From positions 62,001 through 126,000 of the forward strand of contig NIVC01001632.1 in NCBI GenBank assembly GCA_002269645.1: 64,000 nucleotides of DNA, in the 5' to 3' direction. Below the pieces are notes generated by a model, which saw nothing but the letters and a program-made list of their open reading frames with translations, did not search any database and was not told the origin of the DNA. Positions 36,901 through 51,198 of this stretch are shown piece after piece. This stretch comes from Macrostomum lignano (taxonomy: Eukaryota). The position numbers and the translations under genes were made by a program. How positions within the stretch are numbered: position 1 is the stretch's first letter; each line of letters starts with the position of its first letter.

Positions 36901-39900
36901 TTGTGGAACTGTTGGGTGGAATAAACATCGGAATAGAAGGGGTCAGGACCATAGACAAAGCTCCTTTGTGGAACTGTTGGTGGAATAAACATCGGAATAG
37001 AAGGGGTCAGGACCATAGACAAAGCTCCTTTGTGGAACTGTTGGGTGGAATAAACATCGGAATAGAAGGGGTCAGGACCATAGACAAAGCTCCTTTGTGG
37101 AACTGTTGGGTGGAATAAACATCGGAATAGAAGGGGTCAGGACCATAGACAAAGCTCCTTTGTGGAACTGTTGGTGGAATAAACATCGGAATAGAAGGGG
37201 TCAGGACCATAGACAAAGCTCCTTTGTGGAACTGTTGGGTGGAATAAACATCGGAATAGAAGGGGTCAGGACCATAGACAAAGCTCCTTTGTGGAACTGT
37301 TGGGTGGAATAAACATCGGAATAGAAGGGGTCAGGACCATAGACAAAGCTCCTTTGTGGAACTGTTGGGTGGAATAAACATCGGAATAGAAGGGGTCAGG
37401 ACCATAGACAAAGCTCCTTTGTGGAACTGTTGGGTGGAATAAACATCGGAATAGAAGGGGTCAGGACCATAGACAAAGCTCCTTTGTGGAACTGTTGGGT
37501 GGAATAAACATCGGAATAGAAGGGGTCAGGACCATAGACAAAGCTCCTTTGTGGAACTGTTGGGTGGAATAAACATCGGAATAGAAGGGGTCAGGACCAT
37601 AGACAAAGCTCCTTTGTGGAACTGTTGGGTGGAATAAACATCGGAATAGAAGGGGTCAGGACCATAGACAAAGCTCCTTTGTGGAACTGTTGGGTGGAAT
37701 AAACATCGGAATAGAAGGGGTCAGGACCATAGACAAAGCTCCTTTGTGGAACTGTTGGGTGGAATAAACATCGGAATAGAAGGGGTCAGGACCATAGACA
37801 AAGCTCCTTTGTGGAACTGTTGGGTGGAATAAACATCGGAATAGAAGGGGTCAGGACCATAGACAAAGCTCCTTTGTGGAACTGTTGGGTGGAATAAACA
37901 TCGGAATAGAAGGGGTCAGGACCATAGACAAAGCTCCTTTGTGGAACTGTTGGGTGGAATAAACATCGGAATAGAAGGGGTCAGGACCATAGACAAAGCT
38001 CCTTTGTGGAACTGTTGGGTGGAATAAACATCGGAATAGAAGGGGTCAGGACCATAGACAAAGCTCCTTTGTGGAACTGTTGGGTGGAATAAACATCGGA
38101 ATAGAAGGGGTCAGGACCATAGACAAAGCTCCTTTGTGGAACTGTTGGGTGGAATAAACATCGGAATAGAAGGGGTCAGGACCATAGACAAAGCTCCTTT
38201 GTGGAACTGTTGGGTGGAATAAACATCGGAATAGAAGGGGTCAGGACCATAGACAAAGCTCCTTTGTGGAACTGTTGGGTGGAATAAACATCGGAATAGA
38301 AGGGGTCAGGACCATAGACAAAGCTCCTTTGTGGAACTGTTGGGTGGAATAAACATCGGAATAGAAGGGGTCAGGACCATAGACAAAGCTCCTTTGTGGA
38401 ACTGTTGGTGGAATAAACATCGGAATAGAAGGGGTCAGGACCATAGACAAAGCTCCTTTGTGGAACTGTTGGGTGGAATAAACATCGGAATAGAAGGGGT
38501 CAGGACCATAGACAAAGCTCCTTTGTGGAACTGTTGGGTGGAATAAACATCGGAATAGAAGGGGTCAGGACCATAGACAAAGCTCCTTTGTGGAACTGTT
38601 GGGTGGAATAAACATCGGAATAGAAGGGGTCAGGACCATAGACAAAGCTCCTTTGTGGAACTGTTGGGTGGAATAAACATCGGAATAGAAGGGGTCAGGA
38701 CCATAGACAAAGCTCCTTTGTGGAACTGTTGGGTGGAATAAACATCGGAATAGAAGGGGTCAGGACCATAGACAAAGCTCCTTTGTGGAACTGTTGGGTG
38801 GAATAAACATCGGAATAGAAGGGGTCAGGACCATAGACAAAGCTCCTTTGTGGAACTGTTGGGTGGAATAAACATCGGAATAGAAGGGGTCAGGACCATA
38901 GACAAAGCTCCTTTGTGGAACTGTTGGGTGGAATAAACATCGGAATAGAAGGGGTCAGGACCATAGACAAAGCTCCTTTGTGGAACTGTTGGGTGGAATA
39001 AACATCGGAATAGAAGGGGTCAGGACCATAGACAAAGCTCCTTTGTGGAACTGTTGGGTGGAATAAACATCGGAATAGAAGGGGTCAGGACCATAGACAA
39101 AGCTCCTTTGTGGAACTGTTGGGTGGAATAAACATCGGAATAGAAGGGGTCAGGACCATAGACAAAGCTCCTTTGTGGAACTGTTGGGTGGAATAAACAT
39201 CGGAATAGAAGGGGTCAGGACCATAGACAAAGCTCCTTTGTGGAACTGTTGGGTGGAATAAACATCGGAATAGAAGGGGTCAGGACCATAGACAAAGCTC
39301 CTTTGTGGAACTGTTGGGTGGAATAAACATCGGAATAGAAGGGGTCAGGACCATAGACAAAGCTCCTTTGTGGAACTGTTGGGTGGAATAAACATCGGAA
39401 TAGAAGGGGTCAGGACCATAGACAAAGCTCCTTTGTGGAACTGTTGGGTGGAATAAACATCGGAATAGAAGGGGTCAGGACCATAGACAAAGCTCCTTTG
39501 TGGAACTGTTGGGTGGAATAAACATCGGAATAGAAGGGGTCAGGACCATAGACAAAGCTCCTTTGTGGAACTGTTGGGTGGAATAAACATCGGAATAGAA
39601 GGGGTCAGGACCATAGACAAAGCTCCTTTGTGGAACTGTTGGGTGGAATAAACATCGGAATAGAAGGGGTCAGGACCATAGACAAAGCTCCTTTGTGGAA
39701 CTGTTGGGTGGAATAAACATCGGAATAGAAGGGGTCAGGACCATAGACAAAGCTCCTTTGTGGAACTGTTGGGTGGAATAAACATCGGAATAGAAGGGGT
39801 CAGGACCATAGACAAAGCTCCTTTGTGGAACTGTTGGGTGGAATAAACATCGGAATAGAAGGGGTCAGGACCATAGACAAAGCTCCTTTGTGGAACTGTT

Positions 39901-42900
39901 GGGTGGAATAAACATCGGAATAGAAGGGGTCAGGACCATAGACAAAGCTCCTTTGTGGAACTGTTGGGTGGAATAAACATCGGAATAGAAGGGGTCAGGA
40001 CCATAGACAAAGCTCCTTTGTGGAACTGTTGGGTGGAATAAACATCGGAATAGAAGGGGTCAGGACCATAGACAAAGCTCCTTTGTGGAACTGTTGGGTG
40101 GAATAAACATCGGAATAGAAGGGGTCAGGACCATAGACAAAGCTCCTTTGTGGAACTGTTGGGTGGAATAAACATCGGAATAGAAGGGGTCAGGACCATA
40201 GACAAAGCTCCTTTGTGGAACTGTTGGGTGGAATAAACATCGGAATAGAAGGGGTCAGGACCATAGACAAAGCTCCTTTGTGGAACTGTTGGGTGGAATA
40301 AACATCGGAATAGAAGGGGTCAGGACCATAGACAAAGCTCCTTTGTGGAACTGTTGGGTGGAATAAACATCGGAATAGAAGGGGTCAGGACCATAGACAA
40401 AGCTCCTTTGTGGAACTGTTGGGTGGAATAAACATCGGAATAGAAGGGGTCAGGACCATAGACAAAGCTCCTTTGTGGAACTGTTGGGTGGAATAAACAT
40501 CGGAATAGAAGGGGTCAGGACCATAGACAAAGCTCCTTTGTGGAACTGTTGGGTGGAATAAACATCGGAATAGAAGGGGTCAGGACCATAGACAAAGCTC
40601 CTTTGTGGAACTGTTGGGTGGAATAAACATCGGAATAGAAGGGGTCAGGACCATAGACAAAGCTCCTTTGTGGAACTGTTGGGTGGAATAAACATCGGAA
40701 TAGAAGGGGTCAGGACCATAGACAAAGCTCCTTTGTGGAACTGTTGGGTGGAATAAACATCGGAATAGAAGGGGTCAGGACCATAGACAAAGCTCCTTTG
40801 TGGAACTGTTGGGTGGAATAAACATCGGAATAGAAGGGGTCAGGACCATAGACAAAGCTCCTTTGTGGAACTGTTGGGTGGAATAAACATCGGAATAGAA
40901 GGGGTCAGGACCATAGACAAAGCTCCTTTGTGGAACTGTTGGGTGGAATAAACATCGGAATAGAAGGGGTCAGGACCATAGACAAAGCTCCTTTGTGGAA
41001 CTGTTGGGTGGAATAAACATCGGAATAGAAGGGGTCAGGACCATAGACAAAGCTCCTTTGTGGAACTGTTGGGTGGAATAAACATCGGAATAGAAGGGGT
41101 CAGGACCATAGACAAAGCTCCTTTGTGGAACTGTTGGGTGGAATAAACATCGGAATAGAAGGGGTCAGGACCATAGACAAAGCTCCTTTGTGGAACTGTT
41201 GGGTGGAATAAACATCGGAATAGAAGGGGTCAGGACCATAGACAAAGCTCCTTTGTGGAACTGTTGGGTGGAATAAACATCGGAATAGAAGGGGTCAGGA
41301 CCATAGACAAAGCTCCTTTGTGGAACTGTTGGGTGGAATAAACATCGGAATAGAAGGGGTCAGGACCATAGACAAAGCTCCTTTGTGGAACTGTTGGGTG
41401 GAATAAACATCGGAATAGAAGGGGTCAGGACCATAGACAAAGCTCCTTTGTGGAACTGTTGGGTGGAATAAACATCGGAATAGAAGGGGTCAGGACCATA
41501 GACAAAGCTCCTTTGTGGAACTGTTGGGTGGAATAAACATCGGAATAGAAGGGGTCAGGACCATAGACAAAGCTCCTTTGTGGAACTGTTGGGTGGAATA
41601 AACATCGGAATAGAAGGGGTCAGGACCATAGACAAAGCTCCTTTGTGGAACTGTTGGGTGGAATAAACATCGGAATAGAAGGGGTCAGGACCATAGACAA
41701 AGCTCCTTTGTGGAACTGTTGGGTGGAATAAACATCGGAATAGAAGGGGTCAGGACCATAGACAAAGCTCCTTTGTGGAACTGTTGGGTGGAATAAACAT
41801 CGGAATAGAAGGGGTCAGGACCATAGACAAAGCTCCTTTGTGGAACTGTTGGGTGGAATAAACATCGGAATAGAAGGGGTCAGGACCATAGACAAAGCTC
41901 CTTTGTGGAACTGTTGGGTGGAATAAACATCGGAATAGAAGGGGTCAGGACCATAGACAAAGCTCCTTTGTGGAACTGTTGGGTGGAATAAACATCGGAA
42001 TAGAAGGGGTCAGGACCATAGACAAAGCTCCTTTGTGGAACTGTTGGGTGGAATAAACATCGGAATAGAAGGGGTCAGGACCATAGACAAAGCTCCTTTG
42101 TGGAACTGTTGGGTGGAATAAACATCGGAATAGAAGGGGTCAGGACCATAGACAAAGCTCCTTTGTGGAACTGTTGGGTGGAATAAACATCGGAATAGAA
42201 GGGGTCAGGACCATAGACAAAGCTCCTTTGTGGAACTGTTGGGTGGAATAAACATCGGAATAGAAGGGGTCAGGACCATAGACAAAGCTCCTTTGTGGAA
42301 CTGTTGGGTGGAATAAACATCGGAATAGAAGGGGTCAGGACCATAGACAAAGCTCCTTTGTGGAACTGTTGGGTGGAATAAACATCGGAATAGAAGGGGT
42401 CAGGACCATAGACAAAGCTCCTTTGTGGAACTGTTGGGTGGAATAAACATCGGAATAGAAGGGGTCAGGACCATAGACAAAGCTCCTTTGTGGAACTGTT
42501 GGGTGGAATAAACATCGGAATAGAAGGGGTCAGGACCATAGACAAAGCTCCTTTGTGGAACTGTTGGGTGGAATAAACATCGGAATAGAAGGGGTCAGGA
42601 CCATAGACAAAGCTCCTTTGTGGAACTGTTGGGTGGAATAAACATCGGAATAGAAGGGGTCAGGACCATAGACAAAGCTCCTTTGTGGAACTGTTGGGTG
42701 GAATAAACATCGGAATAGAAGGGGTCAGGACCATAGACAAAGCTCCTTTGTGGAACTGTTGGGTGGAATAAACATCGGAATAGAAGGGGTCAGGACCATA
42801 GACAAAGCTCCTTTGTGGAACTGTTGGGTGGAATAAACATCGGAATAGAAGGGGTCAGGACCATAGACAAAGCTCCTTTGTGGAACTGTTGGGTGGAATA

Positions 42901-45884
42901 AACATCGGAATAGAAGGGGTCAGGACCATAGACAAAGCTCCTTTGTGGAACTGTTGGGTGGAATAAACATCGGAATAGAAGGGGTCAGGACCATAGACAA
43001 AGCTCCTTTGTGGAACTGTTGGGTGGAATAAACATCGGAATAGAAGGGGTCAGGACCATAGACAAAGCTCCTTTGTGGAACTGTTGGGTGGAATAAACAT
43101 CGGAATAGAAGGGGTCAGGACCATAGACAAAGCTCCTTTGTGGAACTGTTGGGTGGAATAAACATCGGAATAGAAGGGGTCAGGACCATAGACAAAGCTC
43201 CTTTGTGGAACTGTTGGGTGGAATAAACATCGGAATAGAAGGGGTCAGGACCATAGACAAAGCTCCTTTGTGGAACTGTTGGGTGGAATAAACATCGGAA
43301 TAGAAGGGGTCAGGACCATAGACAAAGCTCCTTTGTGGAACTGTTGGGTGGAATAAACATCGGAATAGAAGGGGTCAGGACCATAGACAAAGCTCCTTTG
43401 TGGAACTGTTGGTGGAATAAACATCGGAATAGAAGGGGTCAGGACCATAGACAAAGCTCCTTTGTGGAACTGTTGGGTGGAATAAACATCGGAATAGAAG
43501 GGGTCAGGACCATAGACAAAGCTCCTTTGTGGAACTGTTGGGTGGAATAAACATCGGAATAGAAGGGGTCAGGACCATAGACAAAGCTCCTTTGTGGAAC
43601 TGTTGGGTGGAATAAACATCGGAATAGAAGGGGTCAGGACCATAGACAAAGCTCCTTTGTGGAACTGTTGGGTGGAATAAACATCGGAATAGAAGGGGTC
43701 AGGACCATAGACAAAGCTCCTTTGTGGAACTGTTGGGTGGAATAAACATCGGAATAGAAGGGGTCAGGACCATAGACAAAGCTCCTTTGTGGAACTGTTG
43801 GGTGGAATAAACATCGGAATAGAAGGGGTCAGGACCATAGACAAAGCTCCTTTGTGGAACTGTTGGGTGGAATAAACATCGGAATAGAAGGGGTCAGGAC
43901 CATAGACAAAGCTCCTTTGTGGAACTGTTGGGTGGAATAAACATCGGAATAGAAGGGGTCAGGACCATAGACAAAGCTCCTTTGTGGAACTGTTGGGTGG
44001 AATAAACATCGGAATAGAAGGGGTCAGGACCATAGACAAAGCTCCTTTGTGGAACTGTTGGGTGGAATAAACATCGGAATAGAAGGGGTCAGGACCATAG
44101 ACAAAGCTCCTTTGTGGAACTGTTGGGTGGAATAAACATCGGAATAGAAGGGGTCAGGACCATAGACAAAGCTCCTTTGTGGAACTGTTGGGTGGAATAA
44201 ACATCGGAATAGAAGGGGTCAGGACCATAGACAAAGCTCCTTTGTGGAACTGTTGGGTGGAATAAACATCGGAATAGAAGGGGTCAGGACCATAGACAAA
44301 GCTCCTTTGTGGAACTGTTGGGTGGAATAAACATCGGAATAGAAGGGGTCAGGACCATAGACAAAGCTCCTTTGTGGAACTGTTGGTGGAATAAACATCG
44401 GAATAGAAGGGGTCAGGACCATAGACAAAGCTCCTTTGTGGAACTGTTGGGTGGAATAAACATCGGAATAGAAGGGGTCAGGACCATAGACAAAGCTCCT
44501 TTGTGGAACTGTTGGGTGGAATAAACATCGGAATAGAAGGGGTCAGGACCATAGACAAAGCTCCTTTGTGGAACTGTTGGTGGAATAAACATCGGAATAG
44601 AAGGGGTCAGGACCATAGACAAAGCTCCTTTGTGGAACTGTTGGGTGGAATAAACATCGGAATAGAAGGGGTCAGGACCATAGACAAAGCTCCTTTGTGG
44701 AACTGTTGGGTGGAATAAACATCGGAATAGAAGGGGTCAGGACCATAGACAAAGCTCCTTTGTGGAACTGTTGGGTGGAATAAACATCGGAATAGAAGGG
44801 GTCAGGACCATAGACAAAGCTCCTTTGTGGAACTGTTGGGTGGAATAAACATCGGAATAGAAGGGGTCAGGACCATAGACAAAGCTCCTTTGTGGAACTG
44901 TTGGGTGGAATAAACATCGGAATAGAAGGGGTCAGGACCATAGACAAAGCTCCTTTGTGGAACTGTTGGGTGGAATAAACATCGGAATAGAAGGGGTCAG
45001 GACCATAGACAAAGCTCCTTTGTGGAACTGTTGGGTGGAATAAACATCGGAATAGAAGGGGTCAGGACCATAGACAAAGCTCCTTTGTGGAACTGTTGGG
45101 TGGAATAAACATCGGAATAGAAGGGGTCAGGACCATAGACAAAGCTCCTTTGTGGAACTGTTGGTGGAATAAACATCGGAATAGAAGGGGTCAGGACCAT
45201 AGACAAAGCTCCTTTGTGGAACTGTTGGGTGGAATAAACATCGGAATAGAAGGGGTCAGGACCATAGACAAAGCTCCTTTGTGGAACTGTTGGGTGGAAT
45301 AAACATCGGAATAGAAGGGGTCAGGACCATAGACAAAGCTCCTTTGTGGAACTGTTGGGTGGAATAAACATCGGAATAGAAGGGGTCAGGACCATAGACA
45401 AAGCTCCTTTGTGGAACTGTTGGGTGGAATAAACATCGGAATAGAAGGGGTCAGGACCATAGACAAAGCTCCTTTGTGGAACTGTTGGGTGGAATAAACA
45501 TCGGAATAGAAGGGGTCAGGACCATAGACAAAGCTCCTTTGTGGAACTGTTGGGTGGAATAAACATCGGAATAGAAGGGGTCAGGACCATAGACAAAGCT
45601 CCTTTGTGGAACTGTTGGTGGAATAAACATCGGAATAGAAGGGGTCAGGACCATAGACAAAGCTCCTTTGTGGAACTGTTGGGTGGAATAAACATCGGAA
45701 TAGAAGGGGTCAGGACCATAGACAAAGCTCCTTTGTGGAACTGTTGGGTGGAATAAACATCGGAATAGAAGGGGTCAGGACCATAGACAAAGCTCCTTTG
45801 TGGAACTATTTGGTGGAATAAACATCGGAATAGAAGGGGTCAGGACCATAGACAAAGCTCCTTTGTGGAACTGTTGGGTGGAAT
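33981..45884. repeat. 65-bp satellite array, ~183 copies (~11.9 kb)
   Basis: Unit gtggaactgttgggtggaataaacatcggaatagaaggggtcaggaccatagacaaagctccttt; essentially invariant centre, with variant units at the left and right edges. Confidence 0.99.
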
Positions 45885-45887
45885 CAG

Positions 45888-46272
45888 GTGGCAGTGGCTT
45901 CATAGTCAAGTTGACGGACAAAAGCAATGAACACTGCCTGATGGCCGCTGTGCACCCTGAGTGAGCGTGTGTCTCCATACCCATCTGTGTACATGCTCTG
46001 GGGCCAGCGGAATGGGTTCGACTGCTTGCTTCCTCAACTGCCGCCTTGGTAAACATTACAGCACAAGCTTGCTTCATCCAGTTAAGAGCGAGTGCAATAA
46101 AATAAAAAAGCAATCACTGAATGAAGCCAGTCTCCAATACACTGGGAGCTACTCACACTCTATCGCCAGAGCCCTTGCCGCAGTACAGGCAGCCGATGAT
46201 GAATCCAACAGAGATGAAGGACTTTGCCAGCTTCATCGCTATTCAATCAAGAGTCTAAAAGAAATTTTAGAA
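45888..46272 (+). CDS. Two candidate internal exons of an unidentified gene (45888-45960, 46008-46272)
   Basis: AG acceptor at 45887; 47-nt GTGAGC..CAG intron with matching phase 2; open frame GSGFIVKLTDKSNEHCLMAAVHPDGMGSTACF...SLKEILE ending at a GTAAGA donor. No confident family assignment. Confidence 0.35.
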
Positions 46273-46662
46273 GTAAGAAATTTCCTGATTTGCAATGTTT
46301 CTGCTGAGAATCTGGGGAATTCTGCTAGATTCTAATTCATTAATTGATTAGTACAGCAATTCACAATAGTGAGCAGCCTGATTAGCTTGTCTGAGCACGA
46401 TCGCCTTAGTAACTAGACCATCTGTTCCCCTACATCAAGGCTTAGTGAGGCTGCAGTTCTCTCTAGAACCCCCCCCCCAATGTAGCAGTCTCAACGTCTG
46501 AATAATACGAGGCTAATGAATACGAGTCCGATTGAAGAGCCCACCAGGCCATCTGGCCTGTCAATCAAGGATCCCAACCATTGCTTTATTAATTGTAATT
46601 ATATTTTAGTAGTAAACACTGTGCACTTGTGCTTAGTGAAATTCTCGACCCAGAACTACCAG

Positions 46663-46700
<38 letters not shown>

Positions 46701-47079
46701 ATGTCACCGACGGTTAGGAGCGGCGGGCGGTTGGCTTAATTAAATTGCAACATTTTTTCTGGATAACATCAGCAATGCGACTCTTCGTAAGCGCTTTTTG
46801 CTTTTAACAAAGCAGCTCTGCTTTTTCTGTTGCGGCAGGGCTCACCAATATTGAGTAGCTTATTGTGGGCAATGCAATGGGAAATCATAGGACGGGATGT
46901 CCAACTCTTGTGTAAGTTTTTTCACGCCTTTCTTATCCCAAAATCTGTCTCCCTCTCTCTTATATCCCCAAGGACCACTACTAAAAGTTACCGTTGTATC
47001 AAAACTTAGTTCTTACGACAATCACATGGAGCTGGGATGGATGGCTTCATCATTTATTGGCTTAAATGCAGCCCAATGA

Positions 47080-47282
47080 CTGTTCAGTCTAAGAACGGAG
47101 GGGGTCGCCACGCAGCCTCAATTACCCCAGCTAATGCTGGCACCCATTTCACAGCTGGGTGAACTGAAGCAATGCAGAGTTAAGTGTCTTGCTCAAGGAC
47201 ACAAATTGTTGCAGTGGAATCTGGAATCGAACCCCCGACCATCAAGTCGTGAGTCCGACGCTCTAACCACTAGGCTACAACC
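47080..47282 (-). mobile_element. tRNA-derived SINE, family B, second copy
   Basis: Reverse complement aligns to 27833-28035 (tgtagcctagtggttagagcgtcggactcacgacttga...gttcgattcc...ccttgagcaagacacttaactctgcattgcttcagttcacccagctg). Confidence 0.75.
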
Positions 47283-47769
47283 TCTACTAAGATATTATAT
47301 GTATAGTACATGTATGTACTAGTGGTCCCTGATCCCTCCCTCTTTCTCTCGAGTGAAAAAGAGATTGACTCGGCAAAGTGCTCAGTCGATGGAGTACGAG
47401 AACAGCCGGTGGTTGACTCTTTCATATGTGCACCGAATATATGGGCAGTTAATTTCTGCTAGAAAAATCCAAGAGCAGCAAAGGGCGAAATGGCGATGGG
47501 GTGGGAGTTGGGAATTGGAATAGATGTGTGAATATATGCATGATCCAATGCCCAATACTAAAATTCTGAAATGATATTATAGCAGCATAATTATTTTCTG
47601 TCTGTCCAAAAAGAATTGTTGTTTTGCGTGTGCGACTGCGCTCTCAGTTATTGTGTACTGAAGTGCAGTTTCTGCAATTGATGGAAGCTGTGTGCTCCTA
47701 AGATGGATGGATGGCGACAGAGGGCAGGAGTAGCCGAGCTGGGTGTGAAAGAATGAAGTAGAGGAGTCG

Positions 47770-48210
47770 GAGCAGAGAGTTGGGAAGAGACGAGGAGAGA
47801 GGTAGATGAGAGTTGGCGGAGAGAGATGGAGGAGAGGTGGAGGAGAGGTGGAGGAGAGGTAGAGGAGGGAGTGTGGAGAAGAGAGGTAGAGATAGGAGAT
47901 GGAGGAGAGGTGGAGGAGAGGTGGAGGAGAGGTGGAGGAGAGGTAGAGGAGGGAGTGTGGAGAAGAGAGGTAGAGATAGGAGATGGAGGAGAGATGGAGG
48001 AGAGATGGAGGAGAGGTGGAGGAGAGGTAGAGGAGAGAGGTGGAGAAGCGATGGGGAGATAGGAGATGGAGAAGAGGTGGAGGAGAGGTGGAGAAGAGGT
48101 AGAGGAGGGAGTGTGGAGAAGAGAGGTAGGAGAAGAGATAGGAGATGGAGGAGAGGTGGAGGAGAGAGTTGGAGAAGAGAGGTGAAGATAAGAGATAGAG
48201 GAGATAGAGC
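47770..48210. repeat. GA-rich degenerate tandem repeat (ggaggagaggt-type)
   Basis: Direct reading; polypurine + strand. Confidence 0.9.
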
Positions 48211-49466
48211 ATTAACGAAAGTCGGAGCAAAAGCATTAACGAAATTATTTCTAAGAAATGAACTCTCCAGGTACTTGCGCAGGCCCAAGTAATTTGCTTG
48301 AAGCTGTGAATTTGTCAGACTTCTATACAAAAAGGCGCAGCTATGCTGAATGAGTGCAGAAATTCTTCAGAGATAAAAATCAACTGCGGTCCATTAGTTC
48401 AGGGGTTCGGCCAATGCAGATGCGCAGTCACAGATGGGCAAAACCTGTAGCAATTTCCTTAGCCTCATGCTAGCCGGGTTTAGTAAACACAGTGTGTCGC
48501 CATTTGCCAAACAATGCACTGCTTGTGGCTTCTCCTTCATCCTTCTGTCGGGGCCAGCCCGCTTGGAGGGGGGGGGGGTGTTTTCCCCGATGCTTTGCTG
48601 GGAAAATGCCAAAAAACCCCAGCAGATAAATTGATTTATTACCAACAGTGTGTGCTATTCGTGTATTGATGACGCCGCATTCGAATGCTTGGCAACAAGA
48701 ACTCGTAGGGAGAGAATTTTTGTGAATACAATGATGGCAAAATGTTCAGAACATGGATGACAAATTACTCACCCCAAGGCCTGTAATCAGCAGCCGGATG
48801 CGGAACAACCGTTGACAGGATAAAATCTGAGGCGACAGAGTGGGATTCTTTTATCCCATGCAGTTGCAGTAGCTCAAGAGGGGAATTTTTCCCTGAGGCA
48901 GCTCTGTACCAGGAAGCGGGGAGCGAGTGATTCGGGATTGCTAATCTGGGTGAGAGGAATAGCGAAAGGAGTATAAATACATCTATACCGAATTCCGTAT
49001 GCTAGCATTTCAACAGCCAATCAGAATGGAGCTTGTACTCGTCCGATTCTTGTGCAGCATGGACATCTGTTTGAAACACTTGGACTGGTAGTGATGAACC
49101 GATGTAATGTCGAATAAATCCAAGATAGTGTAGTTGGGCAGCTCAGGATGGCACGCTGTGGGAGCCAGAGGACTGCTACATGTACTTCTCCATACTCCTG
49201 TCTCCAAAAAATAATTTAACTAAAAACTAAATTCTCTTCTCTATGACTCTCGCAGCTGTCAAATATTCGATGTGGATTAATTTTAATGACACGGGCGCAC
49301 CAACACACACCGATGTAGCTTGAGCGAAACTGGACGAAGGTAGTGTTCTGGGCTATGGGATTGGCATTCTTCAGCAACACATGGACGAGAGAGTGGCTTG
49401 TAGCTAGGGGGGGGGGCAGCGCATTCTTGTAAATCGGCTTCCCTCTAGGGAATACAAGCGGGACTA

Positions 49467-49506
<40 letters not shown>

Positions 49507-49666
49507 GCGGGAAGAGAAGAGAGGCTGACAGAGGCTCGGCAGCAGAGTTAATACGGAGGTGAGCCGTACTCTACAAGAAGAAAATCTTTACATGTCCGGG
49601 GGCGAGGCTTTTACATTTGCCGAATTACTGCGAGCTATATAGTATTTGCTTTTGTCAGCCAAGCTA

Positions 49667-49872
49667 AGCCAACCAAGTTGGAGAATCCCCATTTGGCAGG
49701 GGTAGGTTTGGTCTTGCCCATAGACATAAAAAGGAATTCTTATCTTTACTGGCATCCTTTGCGCTGATGTCTATGGCCGAATCATCAAACCGCTTGCCCA
49801 TTTTCTGTCTATGTCTATGGGCAAGACCAGATCTACTATACTGCCAAATTGGTATTCTCAGCTTGGTTGGCT
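49667..49872. mobile_element. Small foldback/MITE-like element (~205 bp)
   Basis: Inverted repeat of ~65 bp: gccaaccaagttggagaatccccatttggcag...ggtcttgcccatagacata (from 49668) versus the reverse complement of 49805-49871. No clean TSD (taa/tca). Confidence 0.5.
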
Positions 49873-51198
49873 CAACTATCAAACTTGGCTTACAAATCAA
49901 GCCATGGAACTCTACACAGAATGCTCAATTCAAGTTACACAGGAGTTTTACCAATTCTTTTGAGATGTTTTTCAATTTATAATTAGATTTTCATAGTTCT
50001 CGCCTGTGTTTATGAATACAACTAAACAGAGGAGCCTTGGAAAACTTCATCTCACAGACTACTTTCCAATTTTGAATAGTAGTATGAGACTATTCTTTTG
50101 TAAAAATTATTTTTAAATAAAATTACATTTAGCTGCTTAACTTCAGTCTATTCGTGGTAAATAACGATAACATTTTATGATAGCAATTTTATCGCCTTTT
50201 TCAATTTGAAACTTTCAGGCCGTCAAAACGCCGTCTAGCTCCTATGAGCTACTATGTGGAACCAATGGTTAATTCTTAATCACCGGTGATAGACCAGAAT
50301 CACCAGAGTTAAAACGAGTCAAGCACAGACTGCAGACTACATGAGAAATTCATACATTTTTATTGCCACACGGCGTCCATCAGACTACTGAGACACTTTT
50401 GGTCGAATCGAAGTTGGAGTATAATGACAGGCTGTTTATTTAAAAGCAGTTTTTAATGCAAGCATGCAGAGACCGAGCAACAAGGCCAGAGCCGGAAAGC
50501 ACAGGAAAGCAGTGCTTAGCAATCTGGGCGCACTGTTCAAGAAAAGCCACTTAGACTGGTAGCAGTTTGCCTCGGCCTTCACCGCCTCAAAGCACAGCAC
50601 ACGGAGTCCCGTCCCCCCCCCCTACCCAGCACGCATCTATGCTCAACATTAGCCACAGGAAATTGTGAGAAGGAAATTGTCGTTTCATTTTTGCCGGCCG
50701 CCTACAATTCGCACAGCTGGCAAAGGTTGCATCGGCTGTACAGCAACTGCCGTCCAATTGAAACTCCGGGGGTAAAGAGACAATGATAAAGAGGCAGAGA
50801 GCCAGCGGTATTGAGAGAGGAGAGAGAATGATGAGGCCAGTGTCTCAGCGAGTTGGAGACCAAAGGCGCTCTGCATTGCCATCCCAGCCAGTGGGTAAAT
50901 GGAATCGCATCGACCTCCCCTCCGCCCCTGCCTCTCCAAAACAACCCAGCACACTTGGAGCAGCGCTCTCAAAGCTTTACCCAGAGTAAGGTAAAGATAA
51001 AAAGGCGCACAGTCTGAAGCTACGGAGGAAACGCATCACAAACAGGGCATTCTTGAGCTCTGGCACTCTGACTGCGCTCGCTGAAAAGTTTGCAACCGTA
51101 TATTGCATTGAAAACATGCAACTGAGACCAATTTGCTTTTGTTGACATAATAATAGCATTTTTTCCAATAAGAAACTCCCAATTACTTGCGATTGAAC

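Noticed and set aside
33981-45884. Hammerhead ribozyme in satellite units (as in schistosome satellites)
   Set aside because: No CUGANGA...GAAA core was seen on either strand of the 65-, 66-, 44-, 41- or 35-bp units by eye.
47641-48560. RhoGEF DH-like phrase (ELLCTEVQFLQLMEAV) continuing the 45888-46272 exons; trypsin-like GSGFIV start
   Set aside because: An immediate stop follows and the two family guesses conflict; the evidence is only short motifs.
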